Shown here piece after piece: positions 1 to 50,149 of a stretch of 64,000 nt of DNA. Where the stretch lies: NCBI RefSeq assembly GCF_011386835.1, contig NC_088792.1, positions 204,228,001 to 204,292,000 of the forward strand, written 5' to 3'. This DNA is from Chrysemys picta bellii. Lineage: Eukaryota. The notes under the pieces were generated by a model that did no database searches, was not told where the DNA came from, and saw nothing but the letters and a program-made list of their open reading frames with translations. The first letter of the stretch is position 1; the number at the start of each line of letters is the position of its first letter. A program made the translations under genes and the position numbers.

Positions 1-136
1 GTGCAAGCGCTCCTGGTGAGGACATAGACTGCCGACACAAGGAACGTAGTGTGTACGTGTAAAACCGATTAAATTACTGCAGTGGCGGTATGTCATGTAA
101 CTTAGGTTGCTTTAATTTTGTAGTGTAGACTTGCCC
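1..136. mobile_element. Right end of a PIF/Harbinger-like MITE
   Basis: Ends in TAGTGTAGACTTGCCC. Internal sequence resembles the copy at 32915-33302. Confidence 0.55.
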
Positions 137-426
137 TCAGTATTCTCTGCACTCCTCCAAATGAGTTGATTTCCTTCCTGAACTCTGCTTGATGCATTTG
201 GGGTTGAGAAGGAGGGCAGCAGGTCGGGGAAAGAGAGAGGAGGTGCAGATATGTACCACATTAGCTTTCCACTTCCCCACCCCCACATCTGTGTATTTGA
301 GGGAGGAAATACCATCCGTTAAGATAACATCCTCCTTTCGTGTTTGATTTGGTGAGCCTGGGAATTGATTTACTGAAGATAAAGATCAAACTCTTTGCCT
401 ACCACTGCAAACTGCTTATTGCCATG

Positions 427-850
427 TTAGGGAGACAAGGTGGGTGACACAATATATCTTTTACTGGACCAACGTCTGTTGGTGACAGAGAAGCTTTCCA
501 GCCACACACAGCTCTTCTTCAGGTCTGGGAAAGGAATTCCCAGTGTCACAGTAAAATGCAAGGTGGAACAGCATAAGTAGTTAGCACACATTGTAAGGGA
601 CCATTCAAAGTACAGTAGCTTGTTACCTCTTTTTGCCCTGTGACTTGAGAGGAGCTTAAATTCATTACTCTGCTATACACCAAAAATCCATGGACTGAAC
701 AGAGACACTGGATTACAACAATTTGTACCCCACTAACAACCCTTTCTTTTTGTCCTATGTACTACAGAGGTGTTAACGGGTCTATCTGGACTGATCCCTT
801 ACAATACGTACTAAACTACTTGCACTAAACCTGGTGGTTTTCACCCTGTA
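427..850. mobile_element. Penelope-like element end fragment with inverted arms
   Basis: Similar to 43925-44247 and 49939-50209. A minus-strand arm carries a decayed hammerhead motif; a plus-strand arm follows from about 655. Confidence 0.6.
487..526 (-). ncRNA. Degenerate minimal type I hammerhead ribozyme motif
   Basis: Reads AGAC CUGAAGA A GAGCU GUGUGU GGCUG GAA AGCU U CUCU. The core is intact but the helix I and helix II closing pairs are broken. Confidence 0.55.
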
Positions 851-865
851 GTCCGCAGACTCGAA

Positions 866-1143
866 GGCTATATCTACATTAGAGAGCTTACAGTGGCACA
901 GCTGTACTGATGCAGATATGCCGCTGCAAGATCTCCTACATAGCTGCTCTAGTCTGACAGAAGAGAGCTCTTCCATCGACAATTAAACCACCCCCAATGA
1001 GCGGCAGTAACTATGTTGGCGGGAGAAACTCTCCCACCGATATAGCACTGAGCACACTACCAGTTATGCCAGCAAAACTTGTCACTCAGGGTGGTGTTTA
1101 CTTCACGCCCTTGAGCGACATAAGTGGTAGTGAGGGCATGGCT
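866..1143. mobile_element. PIF/Harbinger-like MITE (decayed)
   Basis: GGCTATATCTACA left end, decayed right end, TAA-type 3-bp flank. Confidence 0.6.
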
Positions 1144-2217
1144 TAAGGCAGTGATACTCAGACTGAGGCTCATGAGCTGCAAGTGGCTTTGGTCTGACTC
1201 AGTATGGCGGTTCTTATGTTCTTAATAGAACAGAGTCTGTGTCTAGACAGCATAGCTGTGATTGTCACTAGAGATCTGATAGGCCTGTGAACCTTTTCCA
1301 AAACATAACCCTTGTGTCAACAAAGAAATTTCAGGACCGCCTTTCCAGATTCAGGACTCTCCTCCCATCTAGATATAAAGAAATTATGTATTCATAAGCC
1401 AGAGGCTGAGTACCACCTACTAGGCAACTAATTTCTAAGTCCATTATAGTAAATGCAATGAAATGTTGCATCTATCTCAGAACATGCTTTTCAGTTATCA
1501 CAGATGTGAGATTTGCAATGCTATTAGAATAGTAGCATTCGATTCAATCTGAAGGTAGAACATGTTAGACAAAATCCTAGCTCCACTGAAGTTGGTAGCA
1601 AAATAACCCATTTATTTCAATGGACCCAAGATTTAACCCATTATTGCAAAGAGGTCAAGGGGCCATAATTACTTTGGGGCAGATTCTCTGCCCTGTTCCA
1701 CTCTTTTGTGGCACTCCTGGGTGGGGTTCTGCTGCCTTTGCATTAGTTGATTCCTCCAACATGGAGGAATCCCCAGTGGCTAAAGGAGATAGCATAACTG
1801 GCTGCCTTGCCTCCCCTCCCTGCAGCACCTAGTGCAGAGAAGATATTGGGGTGGAGAGGTGTCTGAGGGGAGCAGAAATGGCAATGTGTACTATGACCCC
1901 AATTAGTCAAGGCTGGTGCATGGTTCCTAGAGAAATGAATCAGCTGATGCAAATGACAGCTGCTCTAACCAGTGGGTGATCTGAAGGAGAGAATCAGGGA
2001 CATGTAGCTGGTTCCCAGCTTCTCTTCCCCGCCACTCAGGATACCCAGGTAGTTGTGTAGTGGAGGGGAGCAGTCCTTTCTTAGGTGCTCAGCTAGGCTT
2101 AGACAGAACCACTTACGCTCCCATCAATTCTGTTCTCCCTCCTGTCCAGTGCAACAGCCAGCCAGCAGAGGATCTACTGAGAAGCTAGAGCAGGGAAGGG
2201 ACAGCAGCTGCTTAGAG

Positions 2218-2775
2218 CAGTGGTTTTCAAACTTTTTTTCTGGGGACCTAGTTGAAGAAAATTGTTGATGCCCACAACCCAACGGAGCTGGGGATGAGGG
2301 GTTTGGGGAGTGGGAAGGGCTCCAGGTTTCAGGGGAGGGGTTCAGGGCAGGGGCGTGGGGTTAGGGTACGGACTTACCTCCAGCAGCGCCCGGTCAGCGG
2401 CAGGCTTCCCGCCTGTCTTGGTGCCAAGGATAGCGCTGTGCCCCGGAAGCGGCCAGCAGCAGGTCTGGCTCCTAGGCGGAGGCGCACAAGCAGCTTCGCG
2501 CGACTCTCGCCTGTAGGCACTACGTTCCTGCCGGTGCTGAGAGCAGGGGCAGCGCATGGAGCCCCGTGGCCCCCCTGCCTAGAAGCTGGATCCGCTGCTG
2601 GCTGCTTCCAGGGCGCAGCGCAGTGTCAGAACAGGTAGGCACTAGCCTGCCTTAGCTGGGCAGCACCGCCAATGGGACTTTTAATGTCCCAGTTGGCGGT
2701 GCTGACCAGAGCGACCCAGTGCCTGACATGCTGAGACCCCGTACTGGGTCGCAACCCGAACTTTGAAAAACGCTG
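2218..2775. mobile_element. Non-autonomous hAT element (Charlie/Buster-type TIR)
   Basis: TIRs CAGTGGTTTTCAAA / TTTGAAAAACGCTG and a perfect 8-bp TSD GCTTAGAG (2210-2217, 2776-2783). Confidence 0.9.
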
Positions 2776-3060
2776 GCTTAGAGGGCTCCTGACTCACAGA
2801 GGTGTTCCTAAAGCTACAAAGGAAGTGGTAGGAGGCAGTGTCCTTTCTGTCCTCCCTGTAACCATCAGGTTAATGCAGACTATTTAAAAATCACAGTCAA
2901 AGGCTCAGGAAACATTTTCAATTAATAAATGAAAGTTATTACAGTTACCCTCAAAGGTCACAACTGGGACAGCCCTGTATTCAAATGCCTCCATTACATA
3001 AAGAAACAATAGTACATAATTACACGATAAAAAAATGTATCTAAGTCAGTTTTCTTAATT

Positions 3061-3066
3061 TTTATT
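3061..3066 (-). promoter_or_regulatory. Distal polyadenylation signal AATAAA
   Basis: On the minus strand AATAAA is followed about 20 nt later by CA and a U/GU-rich tract (tttttttatcgtgtaattatgtactattgtttcttt). Confidence 0.65.
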
Positions 3067-3963
3067 AAATTCAAAAATTGCAGAAAAAATTCACAACAAA
3101 TTTCTAAATACAGGTAAAAACAAGTCAGCTGAAATAATTGTTGTCAAGTTAAAACTTATTTTTCCATAACTTTCCCTTCCTTGCTATTGCCCACAGTACT
3201 TTCAGAAATCCTACAAATGCTAGAAAATGGTGGATTTCATCTGTTAGTATTAGAGTAAACCACGAGTTCACTATGTAAAAACAGCTAACCATTTAGGCAC
3301 AAGGTGGCAGAAGACATAAGTACAATTTTCAACCAGGCTTCCTTAGTTTGTTAGTTGAAACGGTATGTGCCAAAGATGTGTTCTCTGCACAGTATTGTGT
3401 GCAGAATGTAATAACTTATTCAGCAGCCCTACAGCTCTAAGATCCTTTGGGCAAAGTATAAATTACCACCAATTATTTTGAATGCTTTGTTCCTTCCGGA
3501 AAACTCACGAGAAACCAGAGAAGTCCGGGGTATACATTATTATGTCTGTGTGAATGTTTAGGGTGGAACAATGGCAAAATTGGTAAGATATTTCAGACGC
3601 CAGAGAATAAAAAAAAGTAGTGATAAGCTATATTTTGCAAAAGACTGGTTTACATTTGTGTCCCCATGGGTCATAAATAGTTTTGCTACTGCCTCCCAAG
3701 ATGTCACGAAAAGCAGTCACATGCCATGACAGAATACCAATTTGAATAGATCATCCCAATAGTGCAGTATTCAAGGCAAGCTATTAATGTGCCTTGTTTT
3801 TCCTATCTTGAAAAATAAATGTAAAGGCTGAGAATCAGATCTTTATAAGGAATTTTTTTTTAAAAACTGTTCTATAACACTGATTTTACCTTTTGTCCAC
3901 CATCAGGTATATTTGCCATTCTAATAACAGGTGCAGCGCCGCTGTCATTCATAAATACAAAAT

Positions 3964-3969
3964 TTTATT
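3964..3969 (-). promoter_or_regulatory. Possible proximal polyadenylation signal AATAAA
   Basis: AATAAA on the minus strand, but the downstream U/GU-rich element is weak. Confidence 0.4.
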
Positions 3970-5046
3970 TGCATTTCATTAGTTTAGAAAGACCACAATG
4001 CTTTTCAATACCACAACATTCAGGACACACCAAGTTATTCGAATATGTAACTACTGATTTACCACGACTAAACTAAACAGTGCATTGTAATAAAAGATAT
4101 ACCAAAGATATAGTTCACAAAGTCATTATCAGACAAAAACCTAACACAGTATATGCTTGATGGAAATAATTTCCACCATTAGGGGAAAAAAATGGTTTTC
4201 CATAAACCCCTCCCACCCACCTAGATGTTCAGACAAATACACATATATATTCCCTCAACACAGGAAAATGTATTAAATTCCTTTTAAAAAGAATTTGTCT
4301 AGGACAGCAGCATTGCTTTTCATACCATCTTTTAGAATTCAAAATACATCTCCACTTTTCTTGCAACCTAGCTTATGTTTAAGCAGAAAATTAAATGTGT
4401 GAGTTGACACTGCACCCTTAGAATTGCACCAAATGTGATGTCTTAATACACAAAGCAATGGTCTACTATTAAACATAATAAATAATAAGACAGATTGCTG
4501 GAAATTACAAGTAGCTTTGCTGTAGATCTAGTCAGCTGAAGATGCTACAGCTCCACCCCACTCCCTAAAAAAAAAAAAAAAAATCATCTGAATATATTAA
4601 AGGAAACAATGACAGTTATGGAAGCTTTGTACATAAAGTTTTCAGTTTTAAAAAAATTCATCTTTAAAATAGTTAGCAAAGCACCATATACTTATCTTCA
4701 TACAAGAAGAGCTTCTGCTTGCCTGTTTATAATAACAAGGACTATTACAATATTTATGTCAAGAATAAGTATAGATTTAATTTCTCCTCCTCCTAGACTT
4801 GGAGTGTGGCAGTTTCCCATATACTGTACAATATTTATAACACTACAGTGATGAATGAAATATACTGTTTTGGGGAAGAGGGGCAATATTTAACTGTTGC
4901 AACTGAATCTTACACAGGATTGCATATTTGCATATTTACAAATAAGTGTGTAGTTCTGACTTGAAAAACAAAGTGCAACATGAAACTGCCAAATGATTGT
5001 AGTGCAGACACTGTCTTCTCTCTCCCACTCTGTATGAAGCAACAAG

Positions 5047-43104
<38,058 letters not shown>

Positions 43105-43350
43105 GACCGCAGGCGGCTCCTGCGCGACCCGGCTCCCCGCGCGCGCGCCGCTGCCCCGGGCCTGAGGGGAACGGGAACTCCGCGGCCGCCCGGACAACGA
43201 GCGGCCCGCGCCGCAGCGAGCGGGGCCCGCCGCCGGGGGAGCAGCGCCCCCTAGAGCGTGGGAGGGCCGAGCTGGGAAACCGCACCTGTCCCCACACACA
43301 GACACTGAGTGCCCGCGGGGGCTGAAAGAAATAAACACGCCGCTCTATGG

Positions 43351-43599
43351 GGCCTTGGCTACACTGGCAATTCACAGCGCTGCACTTGCTGCGCTCAGGG
43401 GTGTGAAAAAACACCCCCCGAGCGCAGCGAGTGCAGTGCTGTAAAGCGCCAGTGTAATCAGCGCCTGCAGCGCTGCAAGCTATTCCCCTCGGAGAGGTGG
43501 AGTACTTGCAGCGCTGCGAGAGAGCTCTCGCAGCACTGGCGGGGCGACTACACTCGCACTTCACAGCAGCGCTGTGAATCCATGAGTGTAGCCAAGGCC
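43351..43599. mobile_element. PIF/Harbinger-like MITE in the RAB12 promoter region
   Basis: Perfect 15-bp TIR GGCCTTGGCTACACT / AGTGTAGCCAAGGCC; flanks TGG/TGT. Confidence 0.8.
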
Positions 43600-43639
43600 T
43601 GTGTGTAGCTAGGAGCGTGGGGCACGTCTGGGGACACGC

Positions 43640-43754
43640 TAGGGTGACCAGACAGCAAGTGTAAAAAATCAGGACAGGGTAATAGGAGGCTATATAAGAA
43701 AAAGCCCCAAATAGCGGGACTATCCCTATACAATTGGGACATCTGGTCACCCTA
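43640..43754. mobile_element. hAT MITE (TAGGGTGACCAGA family)
   Basis: 13-bp TIR; inverted homologue of 57661-57783; TSD decayed (5 of 8). Confidence 0.8.
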
Positions 43755-43924
43755 GACCAGGCCTGCACTTAACCTCTGGTGCTGCCTGTGCTCAGCTCAG
43801 CTAGCCCCAGGGGTCCTCCTCCTGCCCCTGGCTGGAAGTGCAGCAGCCAGAGATGGGGATCAGCATGTCCCATGTAGTCTAAGTGCACCTGCAGTGTAGT
43901 TTTAGCCATGTGGCTCCCAGGATA

Positions 43925-44247
43925 TTAGAGAAAGGAGGTAGGTGAAGTTTTATAGGAACGACTTCTTTTGGGGAGAGACAAACTTTGGAGGCACCAGCTC
44001 TTAAATCCACACCTTGGATTTATGGCTTATTACAACAGCCTATAACCCACTAACCCCCTTTTTGTCCTATAACTGCAGCAGTACTGCAGTGTCAGCCTAC
44101 CATGAATGGGCCCTTACTTATGGTAAACAATCTGTTCCACCTTCCTCAGACCTGAAGAAGAGCTAAGTGTAGCTGGACAGCTTGCCTCTTTCACCAACAG
44201 AAGGTGATCCAGTAAAAGATATTACCTCACCCACCTTGTCTCTTTAA
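43925..44247. mobile_element. Short Penelope-like element with inverted ends
   Basis: The two ends are inverted copies of the same terminal sequence (TTAGAGAGACAAGGTGGGTGAGG-like). A plus-strand hammerhead motif lies at 44148-44187. Confidence 0.6.
44148..44187 (+). ncRNA. Degenerate minimal type I hammerhead motif
   Basis: Reads AGAC CUGAAGA A GAGCU AAGUGU AGCUG GAC AGCU U GCCU. The A14>C core change makes it probably inactive. Confidence 0.55.
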
Positions 44248-46854
44248 GTGCACACAACTCTTTGCACATGACTAACTTTGGAAATCACATCACTGAGTCC
44301 CTGGCTGATTCACAGATTTTAAGGGCACAGGGGGCCACGAGGATTATTTGGTGTGACCTGCTACATAAAACAGGCTGCAGCATACAGCACCTGGGATCTG
44401 CCCCTCCCACATCTCGCACACTCTCTTCTAGCAGGAGAATTGTATTTCAAAAGGGCCAGGGTGAGTTGGGGATTTTTTTTTTCTTGGTAAAGATGCTTTT
44501 TTTGAACCAGAGTGCTCAGTGTGGCTTCTGAGCTCTCAATTCCTGTCTTCATCTTCTCCGATCAGTGTTCCCAGCCCCCTGAAGAATCCTTAATTGTGCC
44601 TTCATAGTTCTTAACTTAATTAATTCACTAAAACTATGGTTGTGAATCAGTTAGGATTGCTACACACAACATATGTGGCACAAACCCACAAAAACAACCA
44701 AGTGAAAAGCCACTTTAAAGTACCTACTCTTTACTTAATCTTCTCACGACTATTGTACACCACTTACCATGCACACTGTAACCTTAACTCTGGTCCAGTC
44801 TATCCACACTTACCAAGCTCCCTCCTTCCAATACTAGCAGTTGTGGCTATTTGCTGCAGAATATTATTGTGGTGGAGAATGTAGTTTTTTAAAGGTGATG
44901 ATGGCAGGATGTTATTCCTAGTGGGATGGTATTAAGATTGCAGTGCACAGCCATTGAACACTAAAACCTACTCAGCAAAGTGGTAGAAATTCTCCAACTA
45001 GGCAATTGGAAAGAAAACAGACCTGAGTTGATCCTCCATCACTTTTATCTTGGAGCACTCAAAACTGTTTCAAAGTTCTGTCAGGCTGATGCAGTTGGAA
45101 CTTACCCCACTGCGATCAAGTTTATGAAAGAGTTTGTTTATGTATTGTCTCTGGTGCATGAAGCATCTCCACCATTTTAAACTTGTTTTCCCAAAGCTAC
45201 TGGGGGTTTCTGTCATATTGATCTTCATACCAATCCTTGTGAAGACAGCATTCCTGGTGGCCAGTCCTCCCTACATTCTGTTTTATAAAGATAAGATGGT
45301 CCTGTAGCCTCATTCCAAATTCCTCGTTCCAACTTGATCAGGCAATTCTTCTGTCCCCAAGCCTCATTCACATCCAGAGATGTCAGTCTGCAGTTTTAAG
45401 CCATGATAATTGTAGTCCCTTTATGGGGTCTCTGTAGTGTTGTGATTGCCAAACTTTGTCTTGAAACAGTCCCTAGTTGCTTGCCAGATGTCTCATCTGT
45501 ATTGCATTCACTTCCTCTTCTAGCAGCTGATAGGTCCCAAAGAGCACTTTGCCAGTAGTCTGCAACCACCCCACTCTTCCCAGGGCCCCCTGACCCCCCC
45601 CCCGATGTTCTGCCTCTGTGATCCAGTCCTTGACAAATTCTAGCCAAGTGCAATGGACCCTCTCTTCTCATGGTAACCTGCATCCTTCCTGAGCAGGACA
45701 AGAGCAACAGTAGATTCATCCTTAGCCTATTTCCTCCTGCTGCCCTCTGAGAACCCATTGCAGCTCAGCTGATTCATCACATAATTTGTATATTCACCAC
45801 AAAAAGTCTGTGGGAATGGGGGCAAAACTAGGGGTCAGTCTGTTCCAGCTCAAAGGCTTGCCAAATGGACAGAGTATGTATATACAATTATTAGGACTTA
45901 AAAGGTGTTCCACCACCTGAAGATATCAGAGCACAGTCAACTAGCTCTAATGCAGCTTCCATAGCTTTCCTTCATTCTATCTGCCTGTGATCTAATCAGG
46001 AATAGAAGTATAACCCCTCTGCCAGGTACCAATGGCAACAGCAAGGGTTGGGTTCAATCTGTCTAGTGGTTCTTTTCTAAAAATCAATAAAACAACCACT
46101 CACACCCCCACCCAGTGCCACACTTCTATGTCATGCTCTGGGAAATTAAAATGAACCTCCCCAGTCATGTTTTTAGATGGTTCTTCCCCACTCACAAGCA
46201 CTCAATACTTTGGGAACATGGAACTGCAAGTATTTAGGGGAAAGGAAAAGACAATCAAGAGAAACATGAGAAATTTCTCTATATAGTTACATACAAGAAA
46301 ATGAGCAACCCAAAGCAATGCATCGGGAGTTTGGTCAACACATGGTTCCAAATTGTCTGGCTTAATAACATCCAGACTCTTAGTTCACCACAAATGCCAC
46401 CCACCTAAAACCCAACTTATAAGTCCTATTAAACTCAGTGGTAGAGAAGCATCAAGGTTGGCTCTGCTCCACTGGCCTACCCCAGTACAGAGAGAACCGC
46501 TGTGCCAGGTGCCAGGCTGATGTGCGGGCTACATGGTTCAGTGCTGTGATACAAACTCAGCTTACACTGGTCTGGTGCTGCAAAATTAGCTCAGTGCTGC
46601 TGCTCTCTTTTAGGGCAGTGCACAATTTAGCTATGAATTGCTGCTAGTTGGGTCAGGTCAGGTCTCACTGCAAAGTCCGTCTCTGCACTGCCACCACCAT
46701 TGGTCCATTCTGGCATCATCCCACCAGTTGATGCAATACAAGGTGCAGAAACTTTAGGTGTGGAACCGGAACAAAATAGGACCTTTGGAGAAAGTCTCTG
46801 CTCCTTAGAAAGCACTCCTAGTCTCTAGATTACATCCTTTGCCCCCTGCACCTC

Positions 46855-47919
46855 TGTGACCCTAAGAAACCCTCAATGCCAACTGATAAAGTGTTCACTG
46901 TTCTCTGACAGGCCTGACAAACTCACTACAGCCAAAATATTGCTTTCATAGTATTTATCCAGCGAGAGGCAAGTGAGATGTATCTAATAAGAACTTATGT
47001 CACCCTGATCCTTATAATCCTTGTGAGATGTGTGTATGGATGATATTTAAGGAGTTGTGTAGATGTACTGAAAAGATGTGTTAAAATCTGTGTCCCAGGC
47101 AGAGTGGACAAACAAGTTTTGCCAGACAAAGGGATGTAGATTCACTTGTCTGCTTTGATTTATATGTAGACTAAGCACTGGAAGCCAGCACAAGGGAAGT
47201 CCCGTTTTTCATATGGAGTCAACATGAGGATGTGAAGATAACTTGGAGCCTGGGCACCAGGAAGGGTTCATCCTCACTCCGGGGACAAAAACAATGAATT
47301 TTGGGAAATATAAGTAGAAAGACATTTTCGTGATCCATTCATCGAGGGAAGCCCTTGAAGAGCGGTGTTGTTCATGAATATTTGGATCCTAGTTGACAGA
47401 AAACCAACCAGCTTTGCAAGAGATTGGATCTTTTGTAGTACTTTATTTAAAGGAAAGGTCGCTATCGATAAGTTTTTTGCATCTTATGTTTTTGTTTTGT
47501 ATGTAACCTATCGTTCCTATTATTCTTACTCACTATCTCTTAAATCTTAATATTTGATAATAAACATATGATTGCTTCACTATAGATCCATGGTGTGATG
47601 TTATAAAGGATCTGATCCTGAGTTGTACCAGTCAAGCTGTGTGTACACTGTTCCTATGAGGACAGCTTACCTGGGCTTGATACTACAGGGGGACATTTTT
47701 AGAGGGGCTCAAGGGGCTGGGCACCTATTGTTAACCTGCAAAGCAAACTGAGGGCTGTCAAAGCCCTGAGAAGATTGGGTAGCTAACACACTAGTGGTAT
47801 CAGGGAGATGACACCCAGTTAAGCTCAGGCAAGTGTCTGTCTTGCTAAGACAAGCGAGGGGACAGGGGGAGGGGTAATTAGGTGATTCATAGTCCTGGGT
47901 ACCCCAAGAATCCATCACA
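46855..47919. mobile_element. Probable solo LTR (left boundary uncertain)
   Basis: Ends ...CCATCACA like the 13145 LTR, with candidate start TGTGAC. No TSD found. Confidence 0.45.
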
Positions 47920-48146
47920 CACAGCCTTCTCTGTTGAATTTGGATTTTGTTACCAAATCAAAGTCTACCCATACATTAGGGTGACCCTCTCGCACTAGGA
48001 CATATCCTACACAATTGCTATGCCCTTCCATGGGATCAGTAACAGGAATCTATTATTTATACAATCAAAACATAAAAAAATTCCAGCTAAAGCAACAGAA
48101 CTGAGTAGATGAGTAAGCAATATTATAGTTCATGTAAATGAAGCTG

Positions 48147-49133
48147 GCCAACACCTACAAGATCTTCACCAAGCATTCTCAAAACTACGATACCCACACA
48201 AGGAAATAAAGAAACAAATCAACAGAGCCAGACGTGTACCCAGAAGCCTCCTGCCACAAGACAGGCCCAAAAGAGAAACCAACAGAACTCCACTGGCCAT
48301 CACCTACAGTCCTCAGCTTAAACCTCTCCAACGCATCATCAGTGATCTACAACCCATTCTGGACAATGATCCCTCACTTTCACAGACCTTGGGAGGCAGG
48401 CCAGTCCTCGCCCACAGACAACCTGCCAACCTTAAGCATATCCTCACCAGCAACCACGCACCGCACCATAACAACTCTAACTCAGGAACCAACCCATACA
48501 ACAAACCTTGATGCCAACTCTGCCCACATATCTACACCAGCAACACCATCACAGGACCTAACCAGATCAGCTACAACATCACCGGCTCATTCACCTGCAC
48601 GTCCACCAATGTTATATATGCTATCATATGCCAGCAATGCCCCTCTGCTATGTACATTGGCCAAACTGGACAGTCACTACGCAAGAGGATAAATGGGCAC
48701 AAGTCAGATATCAGGAATGGCAATATACAAAAACCTGTAGGAGAACACTTCAACCTCCCTAGCCACACAATAGCAGATGTAAAGGTAGCCATCTTACAGC
48801 AAAAAAACTTCAGGACCAGACTCCAAAGAGAAACTGCTGAGCTCCAGTTCATTTGCAAATTTGACACCATCAGATCAGGATTAAACAAAGACTGTGAATC
48901 TGCTATCCAACTACAGAAGCAGTTTCTCCTCCCTTGGTGTTCACACCTCAACTGCTAGCAGAGCACCTCACCCTCCCTGATTGAACTAACCTCGTTATCT
49001 CCATACTGATTTATACCTGCCTCTGGAGATTTCCATTACTTGCATCTGAAGAAGTGAGGTTCTTACCCACGAAAGCTTATGCTCCCAATACTTCTGTTAG
49101 TCTTAAAGGTGCCACAGGACCCTCTGTTGCTTT
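48147..49133 (+). mobile_element. 5'-truncated Penelope-like retroelement (GIY-YIG endonuclease end plus terminal repeat)
   Basis: One frame reads ...RQPANLKHIL...KP*CQLCPHI...CTSTNVIYAIICQQCPSAMYIGQTGQSLRKRINGH...RETAELQFICKF...GLN. This is the PLE linker, Cys-rich knuckle and GIY-YIG domain, with a TGA stop at 48509-48511 and a hammerhead in the 3' end. Confidence 0.92.
49042..49082 (+). ncRNA. Minimal type I hammerhead ribozyme motif (core intact)
   Basis: Reads GCAU CUGAAGA A GUG(A)GGU-UCUU-ACCCAC GAA AGCU U AUGC. Helix I is GCAU/AUGC, helix II has 6 bp with one bulge, and helix III is the palindrome AGCU. Predicted cleavage after 49078. Confidence 0.8.
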
Positions 49134-49136
49134 AAA

Positions 49137-49938
49137 TAAAAAGTGATTTTATTAAATACAGAAAGTAGGATTTAAGTGGTTCCAAGTAGTAACAGACAGA
49201 ACAAAGTAAGTCACCAAGCAAAATAAAATAAAATGTGCAAATCTATGTCTAATCAAACTGAATACAGATAATCTCACCCTCAGAGATGCTTCAGTAAGTT
49301 TTTTTTCTCAGGCTGGACACCTTCCAGGCCTGGACACAATTCTTTCCCCTGGTACAGCTCTTGTTCCAGCTCAGGTGATAGCTAGGGGATTCTTCTTGAT
49401 GGCTCCTCTCCCTCCTTTGTTCTGTTCCACCCCTTTATATATCTTTTGCATAAGGCGGGAACCCTTTGTCCCTCTGGGTTTCCACCCCCCCTCACTCAAA
49501 AAGAACCAGTTAAAGATGGATTCCAGTTCAGGTGACATGATCACATGTCACTGCAAGACTTCATTACCCACTTGCCAGCACACACATATACAGGAAGACT
49601 CACAGGTAAACACAGCAATCTGCAGACAATGGGAGTCATCAAGATTCCAAACCATCATTAATGGCCCACACTTTACATAATTACAATAGGCCCTCAGAGT
49701 TATATTTTATATTTCTAGTTTTAGATACAAGAGTGGTACATTTATACAAATCGGATGATCACACTCAGTAGATTATAAGCTTTGTAATGATACCTTACAA
49801 GAGACCTTTTGCATGAAGCATATCCCAGTTATGTTATATTTATTTATTTATTACCAAATTTTTTAAAACTATCCCAGTTACATTATATTCACTTATTATC
49901 ATGTTTTTATAAAACCATATAGACTGCACAACATCACA
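49137..49938 (-). mobile_element. Truncated LTR, same family as 13145-14666
   Basis: Reverse-complement similarity to 13145-14265 without the MITE; begins TGTGATG on the minus strand. Confidence 0.88.
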
Positions 49939-49942
49939 AGAG

Positions 49943-49982
49943 AGACAAGCTTTCGAGATACACAGAGCTCTTCTTCATGTCT
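49943..49982 (-). ncRNA. Mutated minimal hammerhead motif (C3>A)
   Basis: Reads AGAC AUGAAGA A GAGCU CUGUGU AUCUC GAA AGCU U GUCU. Confidence 0.6.
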
Positions 49983-50109
49983 GGGAAATGTACTCAGTGT
50001 GTCACAGCTAAATACAAGGCCGAACAGATAGTTTAGCATAAGAAGTTAGCACACATGCTAAACTATCTGTTCAACCTTGTATTTAACTGTGATGCTCCAA
50101 GAACTTCCA

Positions 50110-50149
50110 AAACATGAGGAAGAGCTCTGTGTAGCTCGAAAGCTTGTCT
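50110..50149 (+). ncRNA. Mutated minimal hammerhead motif (C3>A)
   Basis: Reads AAAC AUGAGGA A GAGCU CUGUGU AGCUC GAA AGCU U GUCU. Confidence 0.6.

Larger units (their letters stand above)
3040..5046 (-). other. RAB12: Probable RAB12 3'UTR (3' end inferred)
   Basis: AU-rich, apparently repeat-free stretch after the stop codon, ending near a canonical poly(A) signal. Confidence 0.6.

Noticed and set aside
43105-43338. 78 in-frame stop-free codons upstream of the RAB12 ATG (ORF track start at a GTG)
   Set aside because: GC-rich sequence is often stop-free, there is no upstream ATG, the TSS is unknown, and the ATG at 43104 has a good Kozak context and matches the familiar N-terminus. Ribosome profiling would be needed to reopen this.
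43975-44002. Seventh hammerhead remnant on the minus strand
   Set aside because: The CUGANGA core is deleted; only helix II and helix I traces remain.
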